Shown here piece by piece: positions 18,233-26,198 of a stretch of DNA of 64,000 nucleotides; the stretch's first letter is position 1; each line of letters begins with the position of its first letter. The DNA comes from Gemmatimonadales bacterium. GTDB lineage: Bacteria; Gemmatimonadota; Gemmatimonadetes; Gemmatimonadales; GWC2-71-9. Under the pieces are notes generated by a model, which was not told the DNA's origin, made no database searches, and saw only the letters and a program-made list of their open reading frames with translations. The stretch covers positions 842 to 64,841 of the forward strand of contig DASZCN010000037.1 in the NCBI GenBank assembly GCA_035943095.1, in the 5' to 3' direction. A program made the position numbers and the translations under genes.

Positions 18233-19611
18233 ACGGCTCGACGGTCCTCATCGTTGACGACGAACAGACCCTCGCCCGTTCGGCGAAGGCGTTTCTCGTG
18301 GATCACGGGTACGAGGCCGAAGTCGCCGGCTCGGGCGAGCAGGCGCTCGAGCTGCTCGAGCGCCTGCAACCCGACGTCGTCTTCGCGGACGTCCGCTTGC
18401 CGGGAATGAGCGGGATCGATCTCCTGAAACGGATCCGCGAGTTCGATCCCGTGCTCCCAGTGATCATGCTGACCGCCTATGGCTCGATCGAAGGCGCGGT
18501 CGAAGCCGTGAAGCTCGGCGCCTTCGACTACGTCAAGAAGCCGGTGGACCTGGAGGAGCTGAAGCTCCTGGCCGATCGCGCGCGCGAGAACCGTCAGCTG
18601 AAGCAGGAGCTCTCCTACTACCGGCGTCGTGCCACGGAAGACGGCGGGTTCGCGACCATGGTGGGACAGTCGTCCGCGGTCCGGGCGATCCTCGAGCGGG
18701 CACGCCAGATCGCCGAGCTGGAGGACACGCCACCGGTGCTGCTCACCGGCGAGACCGGCACCGGCAAGGGCCTCCTCGCGCGGGCGATCCATGCGTCGGG
18801 CGTGCGGGCCGCGAAACCGTTCATCGAGGTCAACTGCACCGCCATTCCTGCGACCCTCATGGAGGCCGAGCTGTTCGGCCACGAGCGGGGCGCGTTCACC
18901 GACGCCAAAGAGTCCAAACCAGGATTGTTCGAAGCCGGAGAGGGGGGATTCCTCTTCCTGGACGAGATTGGAGACGTGGACCTTTCGATGCAGGGGAAGC
19001 TCCTGCGTGCCATCGAGGACCGAGCGGTGCGCCGCGTGGGCAGCGTCCGCGAGCGGAAGATTGACGTCCGGATCATCGCTGCGACCAATCGCGACTTGGA
19101 GCGCGAGGTCCAGCGGGAGCGATTCCGGTCGGATCTGTATTTTCGGCTCGCGGTGATCGTGCTCCACGTCCCGCCGTTGCGCGAACGGGGTGAGGACGTC
19201 TTGCTCCTCACCGAGCACTTCCTCCGAGTGCTCAATGCCAAGTACGGGCGCGCCGTGCGAGAGATCAGCGCGCCCGCCCGCGAGCTGTTGCTGTCCTACC
19301 CGTGGCCGGGCAACGTGCGCGAGCTGAGTCATGTGATCGAGCGCGCGGTCCTCTGGAGCCGGGGACCCGAGCTCGAAGTCGAGCACCTTTCGCTCACCAG
19401 TCCGGACCACGGCACACCCGCCGAACGGCCGGCGGTCGCTTCATCACCGTCACTCCCGCCGCAGGGCGTGGACTTGGCGCATTGGGAAAAAGCGATGATC
19501 GAGCGGGCGATGCGCGACGCGGGAGGCAACCAGACGAAGGCGGCGCAGCGCCTCGGCATCTCTCGGGACACGCTACGCTACCGGCTTCGAAAGTTCGGGC
19601 TCCAGCCCTGA
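18229..19611 (+). CDS. Sigma-54-dependent response regulator (NtrC family: REC - AAA+ - Fis-type HTH)
   Basis: ATG 18229 overlaps the kinase stop (ATGA). REC domain VLIVDDEQ...DVVFADVRLPGMSG. Walker A GETGTGKGLLARAIH. Sigma-54 contact loop ERGAFTDA (GAFTGA variant). Walker B FLFLDEIG. C-terminal HTH NQTKAAQRLGISRDTLRYRLRKFGL. Confidence 0.9.
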   Translation: MNGSTVLIVDDEQTLARSAKAFLVDHGYEAEVAGSGEQALELLERLQPDVVFADVRLPGMSGIDLLKRIREFDPVLPVIMLTAYGSIEGAVEAVKLGAFDYVKKPVDLEELKLLADRARENRQLKQELSYYRRRATEDGGFATMVGQSSAVRAILERARQIAELEDTPPVLLTGETGTGKGLLARAIHASGVRAAKPFIEVNCTAIPATLMEAELFGHERGAFTDAKESKPGLFEAGEGGFLFLDEIGDVDLSMQGKLLRAIEDRAVRRVGSVRERKIDVRIIAATNRDLEREVQRERFRSDLYFRLAVIVLHVPPLRERGEDVLLLTEHFLRVLNAKYGRAVREISAPARELLLSYPWPGNVRELSHVIERAVLWSRGPELEVEHLSLTSPDHGTPAERPAVASSPSLPPQGVDLAHWEKAMIERAMRDAGGNQTKAAQRLGISRDTLRYRLRKFGLQP

Positions 19612-19625
19612 GTCGCGTCCTGGCC

Positions 19626-19660
19626 GGGTGATTTCACCCATCTTGGGTGATATGACCCAA
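19626..19660. promoter_or_regulatory. Cluster of GGGTGA/TCACCC inverted repeats (candidate enhancer-binding-protein UAS; alternatively a weak terminator of the regulator gene)
   Basis: Sequence GGGTGAtttCACCCAtctTGGGTGAtatgACCCAA. TCACCCA(19634-19640)-tct-TGGGTGA(19644-19650) is a perfect 7-bp inverted repeat, and GGGTGA(19626-19631) pairs with TCACCC(19634-19639). It lies about 105 bp upstream of the -24/-12-like element, the usual distance for an NtrC-type UAS. Confidence 0.35.
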
Positions 19661-19745
19661 ACCGGGCGCGTGCACGTCGGGAGGCCCAAAACACTAAGTG
19701 TCGATCGGGGATGGTGTTGTGCGTCGAGGCGTCGGGCTGGCGTCG

Positions 19746-19761
19746 CGGCACATCTCCTGCG
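19746..19761 (+). promoter_or_regulatory. Sigma-54-type -24/-12 promoter-like element upstream of pqqA
   Basis: cGGCACatctcCTGCg compared with consensus TGGCAC-N5-TTGCW. GG (19747-19748) and GC (19759-19760) are separated by exactly 10 nt. The element sits about 60 nt upstream of the pqqA ATG and directly downstream of a sigma-54 activator gene. Confidence 0.45.
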
Positions 19762-19819
19762 AGGTTTCACATCGAGCGCTAGTAGTGATCGATCATTGTA
19801 GCCTCGGAGGAATGGAAAA

Positions 19820-19894
19820 ATGACTTGGACGAAACCCGAATTCGCAGTAGTTGAGCTGGGGATGGAAGTCGGCGCGTACGCCGGCAATGCCTGA
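19820..19894 (+). CDS. pqqA: PQQ precursor peptide PqqA (24 aa)
   Basis: Too short for the ORF track. ATG 19820 is preceded by GGAGG (19806-19810). Translation is MTWTKPEFAVVELGMEVGAYAGNA, with the conserved W-x-K-P start and the cross-linked Glu-x3-Tyr (EVGAY). It sits immediately upstream of pqqB, as in canonical pqq operons. Confidence 0.9.
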   Translation: MTWTKPEFAVVELGMEVGAYAGNA

Positions 19895-19917
19895 ACCAGG
19901 CTGCAACAGGTAAGGGG

Positions 19918-19948
19918 GGGGCCGGGTGACGAACCCGGCCCCTTTGTT
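19918..19948 (+). terminator. Intrinsic terminator/attenuator-like hairpin between pqqA and pqqB
   Basis: GGGGCCGGGT(19918-19927)-gacga-ACCCGGCCCC(19933-19942) is a perfect 10-bp GC-rich stem, followed by TTTGTT. It ends 3 nt before the pqqB ATG. Confidence 0.55.
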
Positions 19949-19950
19949 CA

Positions 19951-20874
19951 ATGCGCATCATTATCCTCGGCTCGGCGGCAGGCGGCGGCGTGCCGCAGTG
20001 GAACTGCGGCTGCCCGAATTGCGCCGAGGCGCGACATCGCAAGACGGGGCGCACGCAGTCGTCGGTAGCCATCAGTGCGGACGGCGAGCGCTGGGTTGTC
20101 CTCAACGCCTCTCCTGATCTTCGCACCCAGCTCTCCATGCATCCACCGCTCTGGCCCCCCCCCGCCCCCCGGGCCAAGCGCGGCTCACCCGTCGCCGCGG
20201 TCGTTCTCACCGACGGGGAAATCGATCACACGTTGGGTCTCCTGTTACTGCGCGAGAGCGATGCCCGGCTTCCCGTGTACGCGCCCGCCGGCGTGACCGC
20301 GCTGCTGGGCAACGAGTGGCCGCTGTACCGGGTGCTGTCCGCATACTCGGGCGTAGACGCCCGGACTCTGGAAGAGGGTCGCCCGATCGTGCTCGCGGAC
20401 GGCGCCGGCGTCCCGCTGGGCCTGTGCTGCTCGGCCACCGCCGTGGCGCGCCGACCGCCGCGGTACGCCCGGTCCGCTCCCGCCGGGACGTTCGACTTGG
20501 GCCTGCGCATCACGGACGAGCGGACGGGCGGGATCTTCGCCTATGTTCCCACGGCTGGGAGCGTGGATGAGGCTCTGCGCCGGATCGCGGCGGGAGCTCA
20601 CCTGTTGATGTTCGATGGCACGTTCTGGTCCGATGATGAGCTGCGCCACGCGGGCGCCGCCCCCGACACGCCGACCGCGCGCGAGATGGGCCACCTGCCC
20701 GTCGGCGGGCGAGGTGGGAGCCTCGAGCTCCTGCTGAGTCTTGGCGCAAAACGTACGGTGTATGTGCACATCAACAACACCAACCCGATCCTGCGCGAAG
20801 GTTCAACAGAGCGCAGACAGGTGGAAGCGGCGGGAATCGTGGTTGGGGACGACGCGATGGAGTTCGAGCTGTGA
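19951..20874 (+). CDS. pqqB: PQQ biosynthesis protein B (metallo-beta-lactamase fold)
   Basis: 307 aa. The N-terminus MRIIILGSAAGGGVPQWNCGCPNCAEAR is the characteristic PqqB start. The C-terminus has YVHINNTNPIL. Confidence 0.93.
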   Translation: MRIIILGSAAGGGVPQWNCGCPNCAEARHRKTGRTQSSVAISADGERWVVLNASPDLRTQLSMHPPLWPPPAPRAKRGSPVAAVVLTDGEIDHTLGLLLLRESDARLPVYAPAGVTALLGNEWPLYRVLSAYSGVDARTLEEGRPIVLADGAGVPLGLCCSATAVARRPPRYARSAPAGTFDLGLRITDERTGGIFAYVPTAGSVDEALRRIAAGAHLLMFDGTFWSDDELRHAGAAPDTPTAREMGHLPVGGRGGSLELLLSLGAKRTVYVHINNTNPILREGSTERRQVEAAGIVVGDDAMEFEL

Positions 20875-21590
20875 GCGCCACCGCCCCGGCGGTCTCGCGG
20901 GCGACCGACGAATTCGTGCGCCGGCTGCGTGGCGTGCTCGAGCGCCGCTACCATCATCTCCATCCGTTCAACCAGCGGATGCACCGCGGCGAGTTGTCCC
21001 GGGAGGAGCTGCAACTCTGGGTGGCCAACCGGTTCTACTATCAAATCTGCATTCCGGTGAAAGACGCCTTGATCCTGTCGAGCTGCCCGGAGCGCGAGGT
21101 TCGCCAGCAATGGATCCAGCGCATCATTGACCATGATGGGAGACCCGGAGAAGAAGGCGGGATCGAGGCCTGGCTCCGCCTGGGCGAGGCGATGGGGGTT
21201 CCGCGGGACGACTTGGTGAGCCAGCGACGCTTGTTGCCCGGGGTCCGCTTTGCCGTGGACGCCTACGTCAATTTCTGCCGCTTCAAGCCCTGGCTCGAAG
21301 CGGTCGCCGCATCTCTCACGGAGATGTTCGCGCCGCTCATCGTGAAGGAGCGGCTCGCGGCAATGCTCAGTCACTACAAGTGGGTGGACCCCGATGGCCT
21401 CCAGTACTTCAAGAACCGGCTCAGCCAGGCCCCGCGCGACGCAGAGTACGCCCTCGGGCTCGTGACCGAGCGGTTCCAGGGCCACGTAGAGCAGGAGCGC
21501 GCGGTGGCAGCGCTCGAGTTCAAGTGCGATGTCCTCTGGTGTCTCTTGGACGCGGTCGAGCGGGGCCCGCTCCCGGGCAGCGCCGGGTGA
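20871..21590 (+). CDS. pqqC: Pyrroloquinoline-quinone synthase PqqC
   Basis: 239 aa; start overlaps the pqqB stop. Motif YHHLHPFNQRMHRGELSREELQLWVANRFYYQ is typical PqqC. Confidence 0.93.
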   Translation: MSATAPAVSRATDEFVRRLRGVLERRYHHLHPFNQRMHRGELSREELQLWVANRFYYQICIPVKDALILSSCPEREVRQQWIQRIIDHDGRPGEEGGIEAWLRLGEAMGVPRDDLVSQRRLLPGVRFAVDAYVNFCRFKPWLEAVAASLTEMFAPLIVKERLAAMLSHYKWVDPDGLQYFKNRLSQAPRDAEYALGLVTERFQGHVEQERAVAALEFKCDVLWCLLDAVERGPLPGSAG

Positions 21591-21595
21591 GCGCC

Positions 21596-21877
21596 ATGGC
21601 CGACGCACCAGCCCGCTCCCTCCTCCTGCGGCTGCATCCGAAGGCACGTCTCCAGCGGGACGATGTGCGGGGAAGGGACGTGCTGCTGTATCCGGAAGGG
21701 CTCGTGACCCTGAACGCGACCGGGGTCGAGATTCTCAAGTTGTGCGACGGGACTCGTTCGCTCGCCGACATCGTCGGCACGTTGGAGCAGCGCTACGGCA
21801 CGACCGGCCTCGGGGCCGACGTGGGCGCGTTTCTCGAGGCGCTCGCGGCTAAAGGGTTGGTGACGTATGGACCCTAA
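21596..21877 (+). CDS. pqqD: PQQ biosynthesis peptide chaperone PqqD
   Basis: Track ORF 21380..21877 trimmed to ATG 21596. An alternative GTG at 21587 overlaps the pqqC stop. Motif LLYPEGLVTLNATGVEILKLCDGTRSLADIV is typical PqqD. About 93 aa. Confidence 0.85.
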   Translation: MADAPARSLLLRLHPKARLQRDDVRGRDVLLYPEGLVTLNATGVEILKLCDGTRSLADIVGTLEQRYGTTGLGADVGAFLEALAAKGLVTYGP

Positions 21878-22997
21878 GCCGCTGTGGCTATTGGCGGAGC
21901 TCACCTACAAGTGCCCGCTGCAATGTCCCTACTGCTCGAATCCCCTCGACTTCGCCGGCGGGCGCTTCAAGCGCGAGCTTTCGACAGCCGAGTGGTGCCG
22001 GGTGTTTCGGGAAGCGAAGGCGCTCGGCGTCCTCCAGCTTGGTCTCTCGGGCGGCGAGCCGACGCTGCGACCGGATCTCGACGAGTTGATCCGCACCGCG
22101 CACGACGTGGGGCTGTACACGTCGCTCATCACCTCGGCCTACCGGCTCACCAAAGAGCATCTCGCCGCCCTGAAGGCGGCCGGGCTCGATCACGTGCAGA
22201 TCAGCATTCAGGGGTCGGACGAACAGATGTCCGATCGGGTGGCGGGTACCGCTTCCTATCGGGACAAGATCGCCGCGTACCACTACACTCGAGAGTTGGG
22301 ATTCCCCCTCACGGTGAACGTAGTCCTCCATCGCAAGAACCTGCACCAGGTCGAGGCGCTGATCCGGCTCGCCGAGTCGCTTGGCGCGGAACGCATCGAG
22401 CTCGCCAACACGCAGTTCTACGGGTGGGCGCTCCACAACCGCACTGCGCTCATGCCGACCAAGGCTCAGCTCGAGGAGGCGTGGCAGGTCGTGCAACGGG
22501 AGCGGGCGCGGCTCGGGACCAGGCTCGAGATCGTGTGGGTGCTCCCGGACTACCACGAGCAGTACCCCAAGCCGTGCATGGGAGGCTGGGCTCGCGCGTA
22601 CATGACCGTAACACCGGCCGGGGAGGTCTGGCCGTGTCACGCCGCGGGCCGGATCACGACGCTCAAGTTCGAGAACGTGCGTGACCGGCCGCTCGAATGG
22701 ATCTGGGAGCACTCGGACGCGTTCCAGCGGTTCCGCGGCGATAGCTGGATGCCCGAGCCCTGCCGCTCGTGCCCGCGAAAAGCCCAGGACTTCGGTGGGT
22801 GTCGGTGCCAGGCCTTTCTGGTGACGGGCGACGCTGCCGTCACCGACCCCGTGTGCTCGCTGTCGCCGCATCGCCCGTTGATCGACGCGGTGGTGGCCGA
22901 GGTGGAGCGTGCCGCGGCGGCTGGTGGGGGACCGTCGTCGGACGAGTGGACCTACCGCGCGGCGCCCGCATCGCGCGCGCTCGCCCCGAAAGGATGA
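21867..22997 (+). CDS. pqqE: Radical-SAM PQQ biosynthesis enzyme PqqE
   Basis: 376 aa. PLWLLAELTYKCPLQCPYCSN carries the CxxxCxxC radical-SAM cluster. The C-terminal SPASM-like cysteines are CMGGW...WPCH...CRSCPRKAQDFGGCRCQA. Overlaps pqqD by 11 nt. Confidence 0.93.
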   Translation: MDPKPLWLLAELTYKCPLQCPYCSNPLDFAGGRFKRELSTAEWCRVFREAKALGVLQLGLSGGEPTLRPDLDELIRTAHDVGLYTSLITSAYRLTKEHLAALKAAGLDHVQISIQGSDEQMSDRVAGTASYRDKIAAYHYTRELGFPLTVNVVLHRKNLHQVEALIRLAESLGAERIELANTQFYGWALHNRTALMPTKAQLEEAWQVVQRERARLGTRLEIVWVLPDYHEQYPKPCMGGWARAYMTVTPAGEVWPCHAAGRITTLKFENVRDRPLEWIWEHSDAFQRFRGDSWMPEPCRSCPRKAQDFGGCRCQAFLVTGDAAVTDPVCSLSPHRPLIDAVVAEVERAAAAGGGPSSDEWTYRAAPASRALAPKG

Positions 22998-23746
22998 CCG
23001 CGGCCGCGATCGACGCGCGCGGACTGGGCAAGGATTTCGGCGCGGTCCGCGCACTCGATCGGCTCGACCTGGAGGTGCGCGAGGCCGAGTTTTTCGGCTT
23101 TCTTGGTCCCAATGGCGCGGGCAAGACGACCACCGTCCATTTGCTGGCCACTCTGCTCACGCCGTCCCGTGGATTGGCGCGAGTAGCGGGCCACGACATC
23201 CGCGCCGAAGGGCTCGCGGTCCGACGCAGCATCGGCCTCGTGTTCCAGGAGACCACGCTCGATCGCGACCTCACGATCGAAGAGAACCTCCGCTTTGCGG
23301 CCCGCCTGTGGAACCTTCCTCATCACGAAGCCGCGTCCCGGATCGACAACCTGCTCCAGCGGTTCGGGCTCGAGGAGCGGCGCCGGGATCCGGTGCGGGT
23401 CCTATCGGGCGGGATGCGTCGCGCCGCCGACATCGCGCGCGGCATTCTCCACCAGCCACGCGTGCTGTTCCTCGACGAGCCCACGGCCGGGCTCGACCCG
23501 CGAGCCCGCCGCTCGCTCTGGGATCTGATACGCAACTTGCGCGCGTCCTCCGGTCTTACCGTGTTTCTGACGACGCATTACGTCGAGGAGGCGGAGCCGT
23601 GTGATCGAGTCGCGGTGATGGATCGCGGTCGGCTCGCCGCGCTGGGGACTCCCGCGGCGCTCAAGCAGGAGGCGGGCGTCGGCTCGCTGGAAGAAGTGTT
23701 TCTGGCACACACTGGCCACGAGCTGGCCGAGACGGGAGGCGCCTGA
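22994..23746 (+). CDS. ABC transporter ATP-binding protein (ABC-2/DrrA-type exporter ATPase)
   Basis: ATG 22994 overlaps the pqqE stop (ATGA). Walker A GPNGAGKTT, signature LSGGMRRAADIARG, Walker B VLFLDEPTAGLD, H-loop LTTHYVEE. Confidence 0.9.
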   Translation: MTAAAIDARGLGKDFGAVRALDRLDLEVREAEFFGFLGPNGAGKTTTVHLLATLLTPSRGLARVAGHDIRAEGLAVRRSIGLVFQETTLDRDLTIEENLRFAARLWNLPHHEAASRIDNLLQRFGLEERRRDPVRVLSGGMRRAADIARGILHQPRVLFLDEPTAGLDPRARRSLWDLIRNLRASSGLTVFLTTHYVEEAEPCDRVAVMDRGRLAALGTPAALKQEAGVGSLEEVFLAHTGHELAETGGA

Positions 23747-23748
23747 GC

Positions 23749-24546
23749 GTGCGCGCGGTGTACGGTATTGTCGTCCGCGAATTCGTCCGGTTTCTGCGGC
23801 AGCGAGGCCGGGCCCTGTCGAGCGTCGCCCGCCCCTTCGTGTGGCTGATCTTTGCCGGAGCGGGCTTCGCCGCGGTGTTCGCGGGTCGAAGCGACATCGA
23901 CTACCGGGTCTATATGGCGCCGGGGCTCCTCGGAATGGTCGTGATGTTCGGCTCCTTGCTCGCGGCCCTGTCCACGGTCATCGACCGCGATGCCGGCGTG
24001 CTGCGAATGATGCTGGTGGCTCCCATCAAGCGCGGCACCGTGGCGCTCGGGAAGACGCTGGGCGCCACGCTCGTCGGGACGGCGCAGGCAGTCGTCGTGG
24101 CGGCGATCCTGTTGCCGGTCGTGGGTCTCACGCCGACGCCCGGCGGAGCGCTCCTCGCCCTCGCCGCCATCGTACTGACCGGCCTGGCGCTCGGAGCGCT
24201 CGGCGTCGTGCTCGCTGCGGGGATGCGCTCGATCGAGAATTTCGCTGGGGTGATGAACTTCGTGGTGTTCCCGATGCTGTTTCTCTCCGGCGCGCTATAC
24301 CCGGTGCGTCATCTCGGCCCGGTGCTGCACCTGCTCGCGCACGTGAACCCGCTCGCCTACGGCGTGGACCTGCTGAAGCACGCGCTGCTGGCCCGATGGA
24401 CGGACGCAGGCTACGGGGGGGAGCTTCCGATCCCGCTGGACTGCATTGCGCTCGCCCTGTTCGCCATGGTCGGTCTCGCGGCGGCGGGGCCGCTGCTGGC
24501 CCGCGAGGGTGGCGTCGCGCGGGCGGCGTTCCGGGAGCGGCGCTAG
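23749..24546 (+). CDS. ABC-2-type transporter permease
   Basis: 265 aa, starting 3 nt after the ATPase stop. About six hydrophobic helices with N-terminus AVYGIVVREFVRFLRQRGR, typical of ABC-2 membrane proteins. Confidence 0.75.
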   Translation: MRAVYGIVVREFVRFLRQRGRALSSVARPFVWLIFAGAGFAAVFAGRSDIDYRVYMAPGLLGMVVMFGSLLAALSTVIDRDAGVLRMMLVAPIKRGTVALGKTLGATLVGTAQAVVVAAILLPVVGLTPTPGGALLALAAIVLTGLALGALGVVLAAGMRSIENFAGVMNFVVFPMLFLSGALYPVRHLGPVLHLLAHVNPLAYGVDLLKHALLARWTDAGYGGELPIPLDCIALALFAMVGLAAAGPLLAREGGVARAAFRERR

Positions 24547-25268
24547 ACGAAGAGTCGCGTGATCGCGCCGACGAGGAGCACGATGATGACGCTGCTGATA
24601 GCGACGATCATGGTGTAGGCGGCGCCCTTGTCCCGCGGAGCCTTCATGACCGGGACCAGGCCGACCTTGAACAGCCAGATGCTGTAGAGGCCGAGGAGGG
24701 TACCGATCGGCGAGAGCTTGGGGAACAGGGCGAGCACGCCTCCCAACCAGTACGGCGTGGTGGCATACGCGGCTACCTTCAGCGCCTGCACGCGGTTCCT
24801 CTGTGCGCCGAACGTCGGGGCCAGTATGTCGATCACGACCGCGAGGAGGTACACCGCGAGGAGATTGAGCCCGTACTCGAGCACCCCGCTCGTCGCCGCG
24901 TCGCCGATCGACATCGGGTAGCTCTCGCCCAGGCTCGCCAAACTGCTGCGGATGCCGAACACGATCGTTCCTAGGGTCGCCGCCAATGGCCCGATGAGCG
25001 CCATCGGGATCAGATAGCGCCGATAGATCGGCCCCGCGCTGGTGAACTCACCGGCGATCGTAGCCCACTCCTGCGTCGGCTGTAGCAGGAGGCGCTGCGC
25101 GCGTGCCAGCCATGTCGGCAACTTCGTCGGGCCCCGTGGACGGGACGCCGTGGGCTTCACGGTCGGGCGCGGTGGTGGACCGGCCCTGGGGGGCGTGGGG
25201 CCGCGGGGTGGAGTTGGTCCGCGTGGCGGCGGGCCGGGCGGGCGCGGGGGCTGTGGTGGTGTGCGCAT
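24543..25268 (-). CDS. Yip1-domain-like membrane protein with Pro-rich N-terminus
   Basis: 241 aa. The N-terminal 50 aa are Pro-rich repeats (PPRGPTPPRGPTPPRAGPPPRP). These are followed by QEWATIAGEF...YRRYLIPMALIGPLA and about five TM helices, as in Yip1/YIPF-like proteins. Its stop overlaps the convergent permease stop by 4 nt. Confidence 0.55.
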   Translation of the reverse strand: MRTPPQPPRPPGPPPRGPTPPRGPTPPRAGPPPRPTVKPTASRPRGPTKLPTWLARAQRLLLQPTQEWATIAGEFTSAGPIYRRYLIPMALIGPLAATLGTIVFGIRSSLASLGESYPMSIGDAATSGVLEYGLNLLAVYLLAVVIDILAPTFGAQRNRVQALKVAAYATTPYWLGGVLALFPKLSPIGTLLGLYSIWLFKVGLVPVMKAPRDKGAAYTMIVAISSVIIVLLVGAITRLFV

Positions 25269-25391
25269 GAGGGGACAAAATAGGGAACGGCCGTCAGGTC
25301 GCCAATACGGACGGCGAGACGCCTATTGCATCTTGCGACTGGCAACCGCGTCCGCCTTGGCGTCTTGACCGTTGGCGGCCCAGATTGAAGC

Positions 25392-26198
25392 ATGCTCGTC
25401 GACGTCCACGCGCACTTTTATCACGACCGCACGCCGCGCGCCGATTGGCGCGAGCGCAACGCCAGCCGGCTCGAAGCGGGACGGAAGATCGGCATTACGA
25501 TCCACGTGGCGTCCATCCTCGGCACGTTCGGCCGGACCTCGCCCACCTATTTCCCCTCGCCACGGGATCTCGTGTATGGGAACGACGCGTTGCTGGCCCT
25601 CGAGCGAGGGCACCCGGACGCCGTACGCGGCTACGTGACCGTGAATCCGAACTATACCGGCCACGCCCTGACCGAGATCGGGCGCTGCCTCGGTGCGGGC
25701 ATGGTGGGGATCAAACTCGCGGCGAGCCGTCGCGCTACCGATCCGCTGCTCGACCCGATCTGCGACCTCGCTAAGGAGCGGGGTGTTCCCGTGCTGCACC
25801 ACGTCTGGCAGCACCGGCGGCGCGACTGGCCCGGACAGGAGGCGTCGGACGGCGCGGAGCTGTGCGCGCTCGCGGCGCGCCATCCCAAGGTACGGTTAAT
25901 CCTCGCCCACATCGGCGGCGGCGGCGATTGGCAGCACTCGCTCGCCGCGGTGCACGGCGGGGGCACGCCCAACGTGTATATCGATCTGTCAGGTAGCGGC
26001 GTCGACGGCGGGATGCTCGAGGCGTGCCTCGACGCGGTCGGGCCGGAGCGCCTCCTCTTCGGAACGGACCTGACCATGGACACCGGCTGGGCCAAGCTGC
26101 GTTATCTCGAGCGTTTGCTCCCACCCCGTGAGCTCGAGCTCGTCATGTGGAAGAATGCGGCGAGCATCTTCCCGCGCGGGGCGTTTCCAGCCGACTGA
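25392..26198 (+). CDS. Metal-dependent TIM-barrel amidohydrolase (PF04909-type)
   Basis: 268 aa. The N-terminal MLVDVHAHFY carries the HxH metal motif. Later motifs are VLHHVW, LILAHIGGGGDW and LLFGTDL (Asp of the last strand). Confidence 0.7.
   Translation: MLVDVHAHFYHDRTPRADWRERNASRLEAGRKIGITIHVASILGTFGRTSPTYFPSPRDLVYGNDALLALERGHPDAVRGYVTVNPNYTGHALTEIGRCLGAGMVGIKLAASRRATDPLLDPICDLAKERGVPVLHHVWQHRRRDWPGQEASDGAELCALAARHPKVRLILAHIGGGGDWQHSLAAVHGGGTPNVYIDLSGSGVDGGMLEACLDAVGPERLLFGTDLTMDTGWAKLRYLERLLPPRELELVMWKNAASIFPRGAFPAD

Noticed and set aside
25340-25355. TGGCAAccgcgTCCGC upstream of the first amidohydrolase gene as a second sigma-54 promoter
   Set aside because: The -12 element fails: GG-N10 is followed by CG, not GC, and there is no TTGC. 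Only the -24 half resembles the consensus.
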